Below, in pieces: positions 19,659 through 28,761 of a stretch of DNA of 64,000 bases. Made by a program: the position numbers and the translations under genes. Origin of the DNA: Cyanobacteria bacterium P01_E01_bin.6 (lineage in GTDB: Bacteria > Cyanobacteriota > Cyanobacteriia > CAKZMO01). Below the pieces are notes generated by a model. That model was given only the letters and a program-made list of their open reading frames with translations, was not told the origin of the DNA and searched no databases. The stretch spans positions 3,970-67,969 of the forward strand of contig JBCCWF010000001.1 in the NCBI GenBank assembly GCA_039194035.1, given 5' to 3'. Numbering within the stretch: the stretch's first letter is position 1; each line of letters starts with the position of its first letter.

Positions 19659-20195
19659 TCACGCCATTACCTCTAGGCTTGTGAATTCGGGTGCGTCAGA
19701 TAACTGATCCGTTGCCAGCTCGGGCGATCGCCCGAGCTGTTTGTCCACGTCTCCTTCTGGTCTGAGATAGAAGGGATAGACCAAACTACGAGCGTTGTAT
19801 TGATCGATCAAGCGATATTGAATGACTAAGTCAATGCGGCCTCGAACCGGATCTGGATCAGCCCGTACATCTTCCAACACAATGCGTGGCTCCCATCGCA
19901 CAAGGGCATCTTCTACCGCGATGCAAAGCTGCACGAGGGTGTCGGTGTTCATCGGCGCAAAGGCAAAATCTGTGAGGACTGACCCAAATTCGGGTTCCCC
20001 CACGCGTTCGCCTACATCGGTGCGAAGAATTAGCCAAATGGATTCCTCGACACTGCGTTCGGCTGAGCTGAACTGGAGACTTCCTTGGGTGCTAATCCGT
20101 AGCGGAAACGCCCACCCAGTTCCCAGCAACATCGATGTGTTTATTGGGGCGATCGCCCCATCCTGTCCATTGGCCATACAGACTCTCCATTCCAA
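19659..20195 (-). CDS. GPW/gp25 family baseplate wedge protein
   Basis: GWAFPL..., VEESIWLILRTDVGERVGEPEFGSVL and VRWEPRI match the PF04965 gp25 signature (I-QSI--IL-T--GER---P-FG ... EPRI). True start may be the internal MANGQDG. Confidence 0.75.
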   Translation of the reverse strand: MEWRVCMANGQDGAIAPINTSMLLGTGWAFPLRISTQGSLQFSSAERSVEESIWLILRTDVGERVGEPEFGSVLTDFAFAPMNTDTLVQLCIAVEDALVRWEPRIVLEDVRADPDPVRGRIDLVIQYRLIDQYNARSLVYPFYLRPEGDVDKQLGRSPELATDQLSDAPEFTSLEVMA

Positions 20196-20259
20196 CGATT
20201 GCCGTCACGATATCGCAGGGATGCGGAGGTCAGTATTCGCCAAAAGTCGAATAACGAAA

Positions 20260-20301
20260 CCTTGTCTAGTCAGAGCAACAACTGTTCCCAACTAGACAAG
20301 G
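20260..20301. promoter_or_regulatory. 11-bp perfect inverted repeat CCTTGTCTAGT-N20-ACTAGACAAGG, 65-105 nt upstream of the gp25-like gene (candidate operator)
   Basis: Seen directly in the sequence. The half-site 13-mer AAACCTTGTCTAG recurs at 24802-24814, and CTAGACAAGG at 34595-34605. Confidence 0.35.
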
Positions 20302-20444
20302 GTTGAGTTTATTGATCCAAATGTGCGAGTACTAGCTGTAATGCTTGTGGGCATACTTAACGTAGGGGTTAATCTCATTGACATCGTTTCTTTGTTATTG
20401 GCCTTTGGCATACTAAACGAATAAGCCCCCTGAGGAGATAGTGC

Positions 20445-21029
20445 ATGCCCACCAAGAGTGCTCTTCAAGAGATCCTGAAAACTAAGTATGGGATTAACAA
20501 AAACATTACTCAATCCCTGTCAGTAGAGGATTGTGAATCGCTATTGCTTCTGTTGCAGAAGCAACCGATTACGACGAAACTGGTAAATTCCTTCGTTGCG
20601 AAAAATATAGAACTGAGCCGCAATAATCGTCAGTATGGTCAGCAACGAAGCCAGGCCGAGCGAAAACTTCAAGTACTTCAGGTTGAGCATGCTCAGTTAG
20701 CAAAAGAGATCGCAGAACTAGAGCGTTCAAATGGAGGTCTTGATAAACGAAGAGGTAAGCTTTCCGAAGAACAGAAAGCTTTAGAAGAGAAGATTCGGCA
20801 ACTGTCTTCTAGTAATGAAGCCTTGGCGAATCAGATTCAGCAGTTGTCGAATCAAAATAATGAATTAACGGATGCCAACGAAAAGCTCAAGAAAGACAAT
20901 AAAGATTTGAAGAATATTGTCGATCAGATTCGGCTAAGGCTAGCTCGAGACACCAAGATGCTGTTGGAATACGAGGATAGTGAGATTCGTAAAGCATTGA
21001 TTAGACTATTTCGCTGGACGTTGGGATAG
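20445..21029 (+). CDS. coiled-coil protein (hypothetical)
   Basis: Long heptad-like Q/E/K/L-rich stretch (KLQVLQVEHAQLAKEIAELERS...). No enzyme motif. Confidence 0.4.
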   Translation: MPTKSALQEILKTKYGINKNITQSLSVEDCESLLLLLQKQPITTKLVNSFVAKNIELSRNNRQYGQQRSQAERKLQVLQVEHAQLAKEIAELERSNGGLDKRRGKLSEEQKALEEKIRQLSSSNEALANQIQQLSNQNNELTDANEKLKKDNKDLKNIVDQIRLRLARDTKMLLEYEDSEIRKALIRLFRWTLG

Positions 21030-21041
21030 GGCGTAAATATT

Positions 21042-21467
21042 ATGACAAGCCGAAAGCCTCAACGACGTAATTTTAGTGGTATGAGTTATCGCGAAGTTCA
21101 GCGATCAAACTCACGACGTAGAGAACAGTTACCTAAACAACGTCGAGTCTGGTTGAAGAAGAATGGTTACAAAAATGTGGGTTGGGAGAATGTTATTCAC
21201 CTCTATCAAAAAATCAATGAACTAATTGCTGAATCTGATGATGAACCCACATTAGAAGAGCTGTTCTTACAAGCCGATCGTATTGGGAAGAAGTATCAGA
21301 CATCGGAGGAACTAGAATCATTCAAACAACAAATGACGGCAGAGGTGAATGCAATATCAACAATCATTGATCAGCAATTTCCTGAGACTGACGTTGAAGT
21401 TATTGATTATCGTCAGTCATCGAACGCTCGTATGAAAAATAAATTTTCTCGGGAAAAATACAACTAA
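21042..21467 (+). CDS. hypothetical basic protein; shares the ELF--AD(R/K)IGKK motif with the N-terminus of the following HNH protein
   Basis: LFLQADRIGKKYQTSEELE here versus LFKRADKIGKKRYHRLTQKDFE in the next ORF. Confidence 0.35.
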   Translation: MTSRKPQRRNFSGMSYREVQRSNSRRREQLPKQRRVWLKKNGYKNVGWENVIHLYQKINELIAESDDEPTLEELFLQADRIGKKYQTSEELESFKQQMTAEVNAISTIIDQQFPETDVEVIDYRQSSNARMKNKFSREKYN

Positions 21468-21516
21468 GCCCAACATGGTTTGGGTTTAAGTAGATAGGCA
21501 TAAATAGACTCACTTT

Positions 21517-21567
21517 AAAAGCCTGGGGAGTGCCCCGGATGGGCGCTCCCCAGGCTTTTGTTTTTTT
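21517..21567 (+). terminator. rho-independent terminator (AAAAGCCTGGGGAG...CTCCCCAGGCTTTTGTTTTTTT)
   Basis: 14-bp perfect stem followed by a T-run, directly after the 21042-21467 ORF. Confidence 0.75.
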
Positions 21568-21612
21568 AGTTTAATAACGCCAAGCTACTTAGATTACAGT
21601 CAAATAGAGAAT

Positions 21613-22071
21613 GTGATGGATTTTGAAGATAAAAACCTAAAAGAGCTCTTTAAACGTGCTGATAAGATTGGGAAGAAGCGCTATCACAGGCTGACACAAA
21701 AAGATTTTGAGGATTATCGAAAGTTTGAACATTGGCGCTATGTTGATGGAAAGGCTGAATGTGGCACAACCCAAGCAAGCAAGGACTGGGCGAGAGATAA
21801 TTCTGAGCCATTTTGTCCAGTGTGTGGTGTCCGATTTGCTGATGTCGGAGGTAGGACAATTGACCATAAACTGCCCCGAGCCCAATACCCTTGGCTATCG
21901 CTAGACTTTCGAAACTTGTGGGTTATATGCCGTGATTGCAACTTAGAAAAAGGAGAGCGCCACTGGTACGAATACGAGCATTACATGTTGATTCGCCATC
22001 CTGAGCGTTATGAAAACATACAGCTATTTAGGCCTAGACAGTTGCTACAGTCGCTCAGGCAAAATAGCTAA
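21613..22071 (+). CDS. HNH endonuclease-domain protein
   Basis: CPVCG...IDHKLP...WVICRDCNLEKG is an HNH motif (Cys pairs flanking DH...N). Confidence 0.6.
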   Translation: MMDFEDKNLKELFKRADKIGKKRYHRLTQKDFEDYRKFEHWRYVDGKAECGTTQASKDWARDNSEPFCPVCGVRFADVGGRTIDHKLPRAQYPWLSLDFRNLWVICRDCNLEKGERHWYEYEHYMLIRHPERYENIQLFRPRQLLQSLRQNS

Positions 22072-22088
22072 AATGTCATTCAGAGCGA

Positions 22089-22742
22089 CTAAATGTTTTC
22101 TTGAGGCCAAACCCGCCCACTTCGCTGAGTATCGATCCGGAAGTCAGAATACTTGCGCTCAAAAATTTCTCGGCCAAGCTGTTCAGCCGCTAGAATGGGC
22201 TCCCCAGGATCGCGCGTCACTTCGCTGCGACTATTGCCTACACCACGAACAACTCCCACAAACTCGGAATGGGTGTAACGGGAATACTCCTGAATCTGGT
22301 GAACAAGACCAAGAGAGGCTCCTGGATAGGTTTCTTCGGAGGAGAGCACCAGTCCGATGCGTTTGTGAGACATTCGCTCAATGACTTGCGCAGAATCGGG
22401 ATGAGACGCAGCGTAGTAGCAGAAAGTCCGATCGAAAAATGCTTTCGTCTGAGCGGACAAGCCATACCAATAAACCGGTGAGCAAAAAACGACGCCATCT
22501 GCAGGAAGGAAGTCGTCGAAGAACAATGTGCGAAAACTATCGGCAATGGCACATTCACCGTTGGGCAGCCGACATGTGCGGCAATCACGAAGGAAGCTTG
22601 AAATTGAGTCGTCGATAAAACGCAGCGCTACTCGCGATCCGACCTGTTCTGCGCCTCGCTGAACGGCAGCAGCGAGTGTGGCTGAATTGCCAGTTCGACG
22701 GGGGCTTCCGACCAGAATCAATAGGTTTAGTGAATCACTCAT
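22089..22742 (-). CDS. NAD(P)H-dependent FMN reductase / flavodoxin-like fold protein (iron-sulfur flavoprotein-like)
   Basis: N-terminal LILVGSPRRTGNS (FMN_red signature) and VFCSPVYWYG. Confidence 0.55.
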   Translation of the reverse strand: MSDSLNLLILVGSPRRTGNSATLAAAVQRGAEQVGSRVALRFIDDSISSFLRDCRTCRLPNGECAIADSFRTLFFDDFLPADGVVFCSPVYWYGLSAQTKAFFDRTFCYYAASHPDSAQVIERMSHKRIGLVLSSEETYPGASLGLVHQIQEYSRYTHSEFVGVVRGVGNSRSEVTRDPGEPILAAEQLGREIFERKYSDFRIDTQRSGRVWPQENI

Positions 22743-22857
22743 GCCGAAGAGTTATGGTTGCTGAAAAAGTTATGGTTACTGAAGTATATAGCAGGAATCA
22801 GTAGAGACGGCTGTACCGCAGAATTCGAGCTATGCCGGAGCTTGTGAACGGCAAACG

Positions 22858-23253
22858 CTATTGATTGCGTTTGCTGTATAACATCCGATTCTCTTCGATC
22901 TGATGCAGATTTTCTTCTGCCCATAATTTGGCAGCTTGAACGATAGGCAATAGACTTTTGCCGAGTACAGTCAATTGGTACTCAACTTTTATTGGAAGTA
23001 CCTCTGTGTAAAGGGTTCGCGTTACTAGTCCATCCCGCTCTAGCTTGCGCAACGTCTGGGTCAGCATTTTTTGTGAAATTCCTTCGCAGAATCTTTTGAG
23101 TTCACCAAAACGCATGATTTCACCGTCTAGCGCTCCAATGATCAACGAAACCCACTTTTCTCCAATCAATGCCAACACCTCTCTAGAAGGGCAGATTGCC
23201 GCATAGACATTAGGTTTGAGTTCTAGATCATGATGTTCAACCATGGTAGTCAC
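22858..23253 (-). CDS. HxlR-family winged-helix transcriptional regulator
   Basis: CPSREVLALIGEKWVSLIIGALDGEIMRFGELKR...ISQKMLTQTLRKLERDGLV matches the HxlR/MarR-like DUF24 signature. Confidence 0.75.
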   Translation of the reverse strand: MTTMVEHHDLELKPNVYAAICPSREVLALIGEKWVSLIIGALDGEIMRFGELKRFCEGISQKMLTQTLRKLERDGLVTRTLYTEVLPIKVEYQLTVLGKSLLPIVQAAKLWAEENLHQIEENRMLYSKRNQ

Positions 23254-23343
23254 CTCCAGGTACCTAGTTTACATCAAATACGACGATGCTTATAGTTCTG
23301 CTATCCCCCTCTTGAAGCACCTAAACCTTTTTGGAGATTATTC

Positions 23344-23961
23344 ATGAAGATTGCCATCTTAGGGTTTGGTAATGTTGGCAAGCAGTTCGCTAATCTATTC
23401 AGCAAAGCCGGACATGAAATTATTATTGGTTTACGCTCGGTCTCAAGCCAAGAATTACCTTATCTCTCTGCAACGTTCAAAGACTCTGCCGAAGCTGCCG
23501 AAGTTATCGCGATCGCCATTCCGTTTGCTGCCTGTGCCACTGTATTGCCAGAACTGGCGGAAGTAACAAAAGGAAAGATTGTTATTGATAGTACTAATCC
23601 ACTCAATGCTGACTGGTCACCGACGTTGCTTGGACAAGAAAACTCCGCATCTGAAGAAATCAGTCGTCTGCTGCCAGAAAGCTATGTTGTCAAAGCGTTC
23701 AATACTATTTTTGCTGATGTCATGAATGAACCGATGAAAGGCGGGCAAGCCATCACCGCATTTATTGCCGGAGATAATTATGAGGCAAAACAACAGGTCA
23801 TGGCTTTAGCCAAGGATATTGGTTATGCGCCCATCGACACTGGCCCTCTTTATACGGCTCGCTATCTTGAAAGTTTGGCTCACCTCAATATCCAAATTGC
23901 CGTTGGTCAAGGTGGTGGGACAAACGCAGCCTTTATTTATCTCCAATTGAAAGGAGCTTGA
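23344..23961 (+). CDS. NADP-dependent oxidoreductase, F420-dependent NADP reductase (NpdG)-like Rossmann protein
   Basis: N-terminal MKIAILGFGNVGKQFA (GxGxxG). ~205 aa. Divergent from the HxlR gene, suggesting a regulated pair. Confidence 0.55.
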   Translation: MKIAILGFGNVGKQFANLFSKAGHEIIIGLRSVSSQELPYLSATFKDSAEAAEVIAIAIPFAACATVLPELAEVTKGKIVIDSTNPLNADWSPTLLGQENSASEEISRLLPESYVVKAFNTIFADVMNEPMKGGQAITAFIAGDNYEAKQQVMALAKDIGYAPIDTGPLYTARYLESLAHLNIQIAVGQGGGTNAAFIYLQLKGA

Positions 23962-23981
23962 GCAATTCAGTGTAAGTTCCC

Positions 23982-24030
23982 AAAAAACTAGGGAGAACCC
24001 CTGAGAGGCTCTCCCTAGTTTTTTGGGTTT
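23982..24030 (+). terminator. rho-independent terminator (AAAAAACTAGGGAGAACCCCTGAGAGGCTCTCCCTAGTTTTTTGGGTTTT)
   Basis: Perfect long stem plus T-run after the reductase gene. Confidence 0.75.
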
Positions 24031-24065
24031 TCAGTTTAATGAATGATTATCTACTTAGTCTGATC

Positions 24066-24168
24066 AGTACCTGGACGCAATTAAAACCAAAACCTCAAAC
24101 CCTGTGCAGCCTGCGCAGCGGGCGGCACAGGGTTTGAAAGTTACCTTTACTTATGTCTAGCTACTTAC
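24066..24168. repeat. MITE-like repeat family A copy 2 (inverted orientation)
   Basis: TAAGTACCTGGACGCAATTAAAACCAAAACC ... CCTGTGCAGCCTGCGCAGCGGGCGGCACAGGG ... TAGCTACTTA. Confidence 0.65.
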
Positions 24169-24173
24169 AACCT

Positions 24174-24641
24174 TTATCGTTGACCAACTTTGAGTGCGTC
24201 AATAAAGAGTGAAAGATAATGATTGACTAACGCCGCTTCTCCAGGAATCATTTGCTCAGTGACAACAGTCTTCATCGCAATATAAAATGCAACCGACTGC
24301 TCTTCCTTGTGCAAAGAAAATAGTATGTTTTGCATCCAAAGGATAAGTTCTTCAATAAATCCATTCTCATCATCTTTAAGAATAGAGAGCGCCACATAGC
24401 GAAGAACATGACTCATGTCACGTTTACAGATATCGCTGTGTTGCTGGATAACCTGCCGATTAGACGGCATCAAGCTCCGGAGAGTCTTTATAATGAGCGT
24501 GTCTTTGTTCTCCTGCAAATAGCGATAGGTGCTGATTCGTTGTGTATAACTGTTAACAAAATTTTGAACAGTAGATAATTCCGAATCTTGTAGATACCGA
24601 CCCTCAGCATTGCTAAGTTCCTTAAAGATTATATTGCTCAT
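24174..24641 (-). CDS. phycobiliprotein-family (allophycocyanin-like) protein, orphan
   Basis: Pattern AEGRYLQDSELSTVQNFV ... DICKRDMSHVLRYVALSIL parallels phycocyanin (AADSQGRFLSSTELQ ... KCARDIGYYLRIVTYCLV), including the bilin-attachment Cys context. ~155 aa. Confidence 0.45.
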   Translation of the reverse strand: MSNIIFKELSNAEGRYLQDSELSTVQNFVNSYTQRISTYRYLQENKDTLIIKTLRSLMPSNRQVIQQHSDICKRDMSHVLRYVALSILKDDENGFIEELILWMQNILFSLHKEEQSVAFYIAMKTVVTEQMIPGEAALVNHYLSLFIDALKVGQR

Positions 24642-25043
24642 AGGTATTGTGAGATGAACATTCCGGTGATACGAATAGAAGTCGATATGCGTAGAGTTCC
24701 CGGTCTCACCCTAGGGTCAACAGCACGCTGCAAAACGTCATTTAGCGACATACGAAGCTGAAGTATTCTCTTCAAAAGGGAACCATGTAAATTCGAGAGC
24801 TAAACCTTGTCTAGCTTGGGCGAAGCAGGTTTGTGGGATTGTGCTCTGCTCGCTAACATGGCCGATCAGCATAGGCTCCACTCATCTTGAATCCAGTAAC
24901 ATGTCGCACAATGGCAGAGAAAGACGATTCAAACTCTATGAGTGATTTACACGCAGTGGATATCAAATGTTCAGGGTTAGCTGATCATGGATCGCAACGA
25001 AACCGGGCATCAGACGATGCCTCTCTTAGAGGTAAGGGCTTAA

Positions 25044-26296
25044 TTGTCATGACGGGGATTGTGCTGATGGCAGCAGGCTGCGGCGATCGCCCCTCCACCA
25101 CTCAAGAACCAGATGGTGACACGGTCACGATCCTGGGTTCCATCACAGGTGATGGACAAGAAAAGCTTGAGCAAATCTTTGAACCGTTTACAGAGGCGAC
25201 TGGCATCCAGGTTGTGTATGAAGGAACCGACGCCTTTGCGACGGTCCTTCCTGTTCGGGTCGATGGTGGTAATGCCCCAGACTTAGCCCTTTTTCCTCAA
25301 CCTGGGCTGATGGCAGATTTGGCTCGTTCTGGAGACTTAATTCCCCTCGACTCGTTTCTAGACAGCACGCAACTCAGCGCCGCCTATGGAGAAGAGTGGC
25401 TCCAGTTAGGGCTGGTCGATGATGGACTCTATGGTCTGTGGGCAAGAGCAGACGTGAAGAGTTTGGTTTGGTATCGTCCAGATGTCTTTGCTGAACAGGG
25501 CTATGAGATTCCCTCGACGTGGGATGCCATGATGGCACTGTCAGACCAAATGGTTGCAGATGGCACCACGCCTTGGTGCATCGGCATTGAAAGTGGTTCG
25601 GCAACTGGATGGGTTGGCACAGATTGGATTGAAGACATCATGCTGCGAACGGCAGGTGCGGATGTATATGACCAGTGGGTGCGGCATGAGATTCCATTTA
25701 CGGCTCCAGAGATTGCCAACGCCTTTGCACAGTTTGGGGCGATCGCCCTCAATCCTGATTATGTCTATGGCGGCACAGTGGGAGTGATTAGCACGCCATT
25801 TGGAGACGCCCCCCAGCCGTTGTTCACCAACCCACCTGGTTGCTATCTCCATCGACAAACTAATTTCATCGCATCATTTTTTCCAGATGATGTCGTTGTG
25901 GGTGAGGATGTGGATGTGTTCTTGCTGCCGTCGATTGAGCCAGAGTGGGGAACTCCTGTATTGGTTGCAGGGACAGCCTTTGCCATGCTCAACGACCGAG
26001 ACAATGTGCGTGCCGTTATGAACTACCTGCTCACTCCAGAACCGCACGAAATTTGGGTGGGTCTCGAAAACTATATTTCGCCCCATCAACAGGTGTCGCT
26101 CGATGCCTATGCTGACCCATTCATGCGCACCCAAGCAGAACTTCTTGCGGAAGCCGTTACGATTCGGTTTGATGGCTCGGATTTGATGCCGGGTGCCGTT
26201 GGCACCGGAACGTTTTGGACTGGTGTGGTGGATTATGTCGGAGGAACAGACGTGGACAGGGTTTTGGAAACCATCGATGACAGTTGGCCTGAATGA
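25044..26296 (+). CDS. ABC transporter substrate-binding lipoprotein (family 1, carbohydrate-type)
   Basis: Start set at the internal Met giving lipoprotein signal MTGIVLMAAGC. Periplasmic SBP-like composition with W-rich sugar-binding segments. The ORF track extends to 24887. Confidence 0.6.
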
Positions 26297-26352
26297 TTTG
26301 GCCTGAATGATTTGGCCTGAATGATTTGGCCTGAATGATTTGGCCTGAATGA
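26287..26352. repeat. 15-bp tandem repeat (TTGGCCTGAATGATT) x ~4.5 overlapping the SBP stop codon
   Basis: Direct reading: tgatttggcctgaatgatttggcctgaatgatttggcctgaatgatttggcctgaatgataatga. Confidence 0.8.
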
Positions 26353-26430
26353 TAATGATAAGGTTTGGCGATCGCGTCCTTTGCCTCAGAGACAACCTCT
26401 CTCAGCACCGTTTACATGATTGGAAAAGTT

Positions 26431-26467
26431 GAGCGATTGAGGCACGCTCAGCGTGCCTCAATCGCTC
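26431..26467. terminator. perfect 17-bp-stem hairpin GAGCGATTGAGGCACGC-TCA-GCGTGCCTCAATCGCTC
   Basis: Seen in the sequence downstream of the SBP gene. No T-run, so it may be a structural or processing element rather than a classical terminator. Confidence 0.4.
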
Positions 26468-26816
26468 ATTTCTTCGTAATGAGACAGTCTTCTATGCAAA
26501 AACAAGATGCTGCAACAAGATGCTGCGTTGTGGCATAGTCCTTCAACACAATGTTGTGTCTCTATGCGCATCGCGAATTGTTTTTATGATTTAACTGCAT
26601 AACCACCCTGCAAATGAAATGGATGATACAAATTTTGCAAGGTAAAAGGCGAAAATCTCTTAACCAATTAAGAAAGCCTACGCCTTATCTATCAACGCTA
26701 AAAATACTGATTGGCTTGCTTTTGAGGGCATCGTTAGCGATCGCCTCTCGACAATAAGCACAAGCTACGTTCACAAGACTGACTAACGTTCTGAGATCTT
26801 TCCAAATACCTGCTCT

Positions 26817-28634
26817 ATGGTTTCGTCTGCCTATCGCTTTCTCGGCTCAATTAAGCTTGCTGTGCCTCTCTTGGCTGCCATCGTTGGCATTCTGATTTGG
26901 GCAACACTTTATGAGTCAACTGTTGGGTCTGCCCTCGTCCAGCAAGAGGTTTACAAAAGCCCTTGGTTTGGAGCGTTGATGTTTATGCTGGCCATGAACT
27001 TGGGCGTGTCAGCCATTAGTCGATACCCCTGGAAAGGCACTCGAAAGGTCGGCTTTGCCCTAGCGCATTTGGGACTCATTGTTCTGATTGCAGGCTCAGC
27101 AGCGGTCATTCACCTGAGTGTAGAAGGCATGATGCTGCTTCGAACCGACCAAGGCGCAAATAGCCTAGTCCGTGTGGACGGGGATTTATTAGACGTGGTC
27201 ACTCCTGATGGGCAGTCTGTCCAGACAGATCTGATGATCAAGCCTGACAACTCAATCATTCCGTCTCGCGTTGCAGGGTTGACTATTCTAGGCTACGAGG
27301 AAAATACGATTCGCACGGTCAGTTTTGAGGAAGGAGAAACGGTCGAAAATCCCGCCGTACGCATCAGTCTCAAGAGCGATCGCATGGGGCAGCTGACGGA
27401 GCGCTGGCTGGCGGCATCTCCCTCCATGTATCAGCAAGAAAATCTTGGCCCCGTGCGGCTTGAATTGTTACGGGTCAGTTCTGACGACGTTCTCCAGCAC
27501 TATTTGGCTGCGCCTGATGCACCCACTGCTGCAGGGCGATTTGGGACGCTGACCGTGACGGTTGATGGGAATGGGCGATCGCTCGACATTGAATCGTTTT
27601 TACAGACGCCTGTGGAGGTCACGCCAGACATCACCCTCACGGTGATGGAGTTTTGGCCAGACTTCCGGTTAGATGCTCAAAATCAACCTGCTACAGCATC
27701 ACAGCAGTTGCGGAACCCCGCTGTACAGCTTGATGTTTCCCGTGGAGAGAATCAAGAGCGTTGGTTTGTTTTTGCCAGTAGTGAGTTCGATCCTGTTCGC
27801 ACGGTCGTATCCGGATCAAGCCTGGAAAATATCGATATTCAATATGCGGCACAACCTCAGCGCCAGCAAAATCTCTTCCAGGTCATTGCTGCGCCTAACG
27901 AAAAGTTCTTCTATACAGCCCAATCATCGAAAGCGTTTACGTCTGGATCGTTGGACGTAGGTCAACCCATCTCCCCTGGCTGGGTTGATTTTCAGATCAC
28001 CCTGGAGGACGTGGTGTCCCATGCCGTGCCCAATCGTCAGGTGATTCCCGTAGACGCCAATGAAATCCAGGGTTCTCCATCGCTCCAGGTCGCCACACCC
28101 GATGGCGAAACGCATTGGTTGACCTGGGCAGAACCGACCACTCTGTCTACTCCGTCTGGGGATTACTTCGCGGCGTTTAGCCCCAAAATGCTGCAGTTGC
28201 CCTTTGCAGTCGCGCTTGATGATTTCATCGTGGAACGCAATGAGGGAAGTGAGTCTGTGGCCATGTGGACGAGTCAGATTCAGATCCAAGATGCTCACCG
28301 AGGAGAACTGAGTGAGCGACGAGTATGGATGAATCACCCAACCTGGTATCAGGGATGGAAAATGGCTCAGGCCTCCTGGAATCCTGGGGATTTACGCCAA
28401 TCAACCTTACAGGTGAAACGGGAACCATGGTGGGTCACCGCCCTGACGTGGAGCGGTTCTTTACTGGTTGTGATGGGTATTGTGGTGATGTTCTATGGCG
28501 CTTCTGTGGTGAAAGCGGTGAATAAGGTCCTGCCAACGACTTCTACTGATCCATCGATGAACGAAAAGACTCAGGGAAATGCAGAGGGCGATCGCCCTCC
28601 AGTTCCCGCTCCAGCATTGATTACCCAAGACTAG
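26817..28634 (+). CDS. ccsB: cytochrome c biogenesis protein CcsB/Ccs1 (ResB family)
   Basis: N-terminus YRFLGSIKLAVPLLAAIVGILIWATLYES is the ResB/Ccs1 signature. Large soluble central domain, C-terminal TM. 605 aa. Confidence 0.8.
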   Translation: MVSSAYRFLGSIKLAVPLLAAIVGILIWATLYESTVGSALVQQEVYKSPWFGALMFMLAMNLGVSAISRYPWKGTRKVGFALAHLGLIVLIAGSAAVIHLSVEGMMLLRTDQGANSLVRVDGDLLDVVTPDGQSVQTDLMIKPDNSIIPSRVAGLTILGYEENTIRTVSFEEGETVENPAVRISLKSDRMGQLTERWLAASPSMYQQENLGPVRLELLRVSSDDVLQHYLAAPDAPTAAGRFGTLTVTVDGNGRSLDIESFLQTPVEVTPDITLTVMEFWPDFRLDAQNQPATASQQLRNPAVQLDVSRGENQERWFVFASSEFDPVRTVVSGSSLENIDIQYAAQPQRQQNLFQVIAAPNEKFFYTAQSSKAFTSGSLDVGQPISPGWVDFQITLEDVVSHAVPNRQVIPVDANEIQGSPSLQVATPDGETHWLTWAEPTTLSTPSGDYFAAFSPKMLQLPFAVALDDFIVERNEGSESVAMWTSQIQIQDAHRGELSERRVWMNHPTWYQGWKMAQASWNPGDLRQSTLQVKREPWWVTALTWSGSLLVVMGIVVMFYGASVVKAVNKVLPTTSTDPSMNEKTQGNAEGDRPPVPAPALITQD

Positions 28635-28761
28635 ATTCTGTCGCTTTCGAAGGAATCACGATGCTTCCGACTCTCTGTACTTCGTAATGAGTAAGATACT
28701 GAACCAGACGATTCTGGTGCTATCGAGATAGAATCCGCCCATTTGATTACCTCTTTTAAAC

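Noticed and set aside
26287-26352. Possible CRISPR-like array
   Set aside because: Only a 15-bp head-to-tail microsatellite with no spacers. No cas genes anywhere in the window.
25374-26408. Several minus-strand ORFs (76-173 aa) antisense to the ABC substrate-binding gene
   Set aside because: Nested antisense ORFs within a well-supported SBP gene. No independent support.
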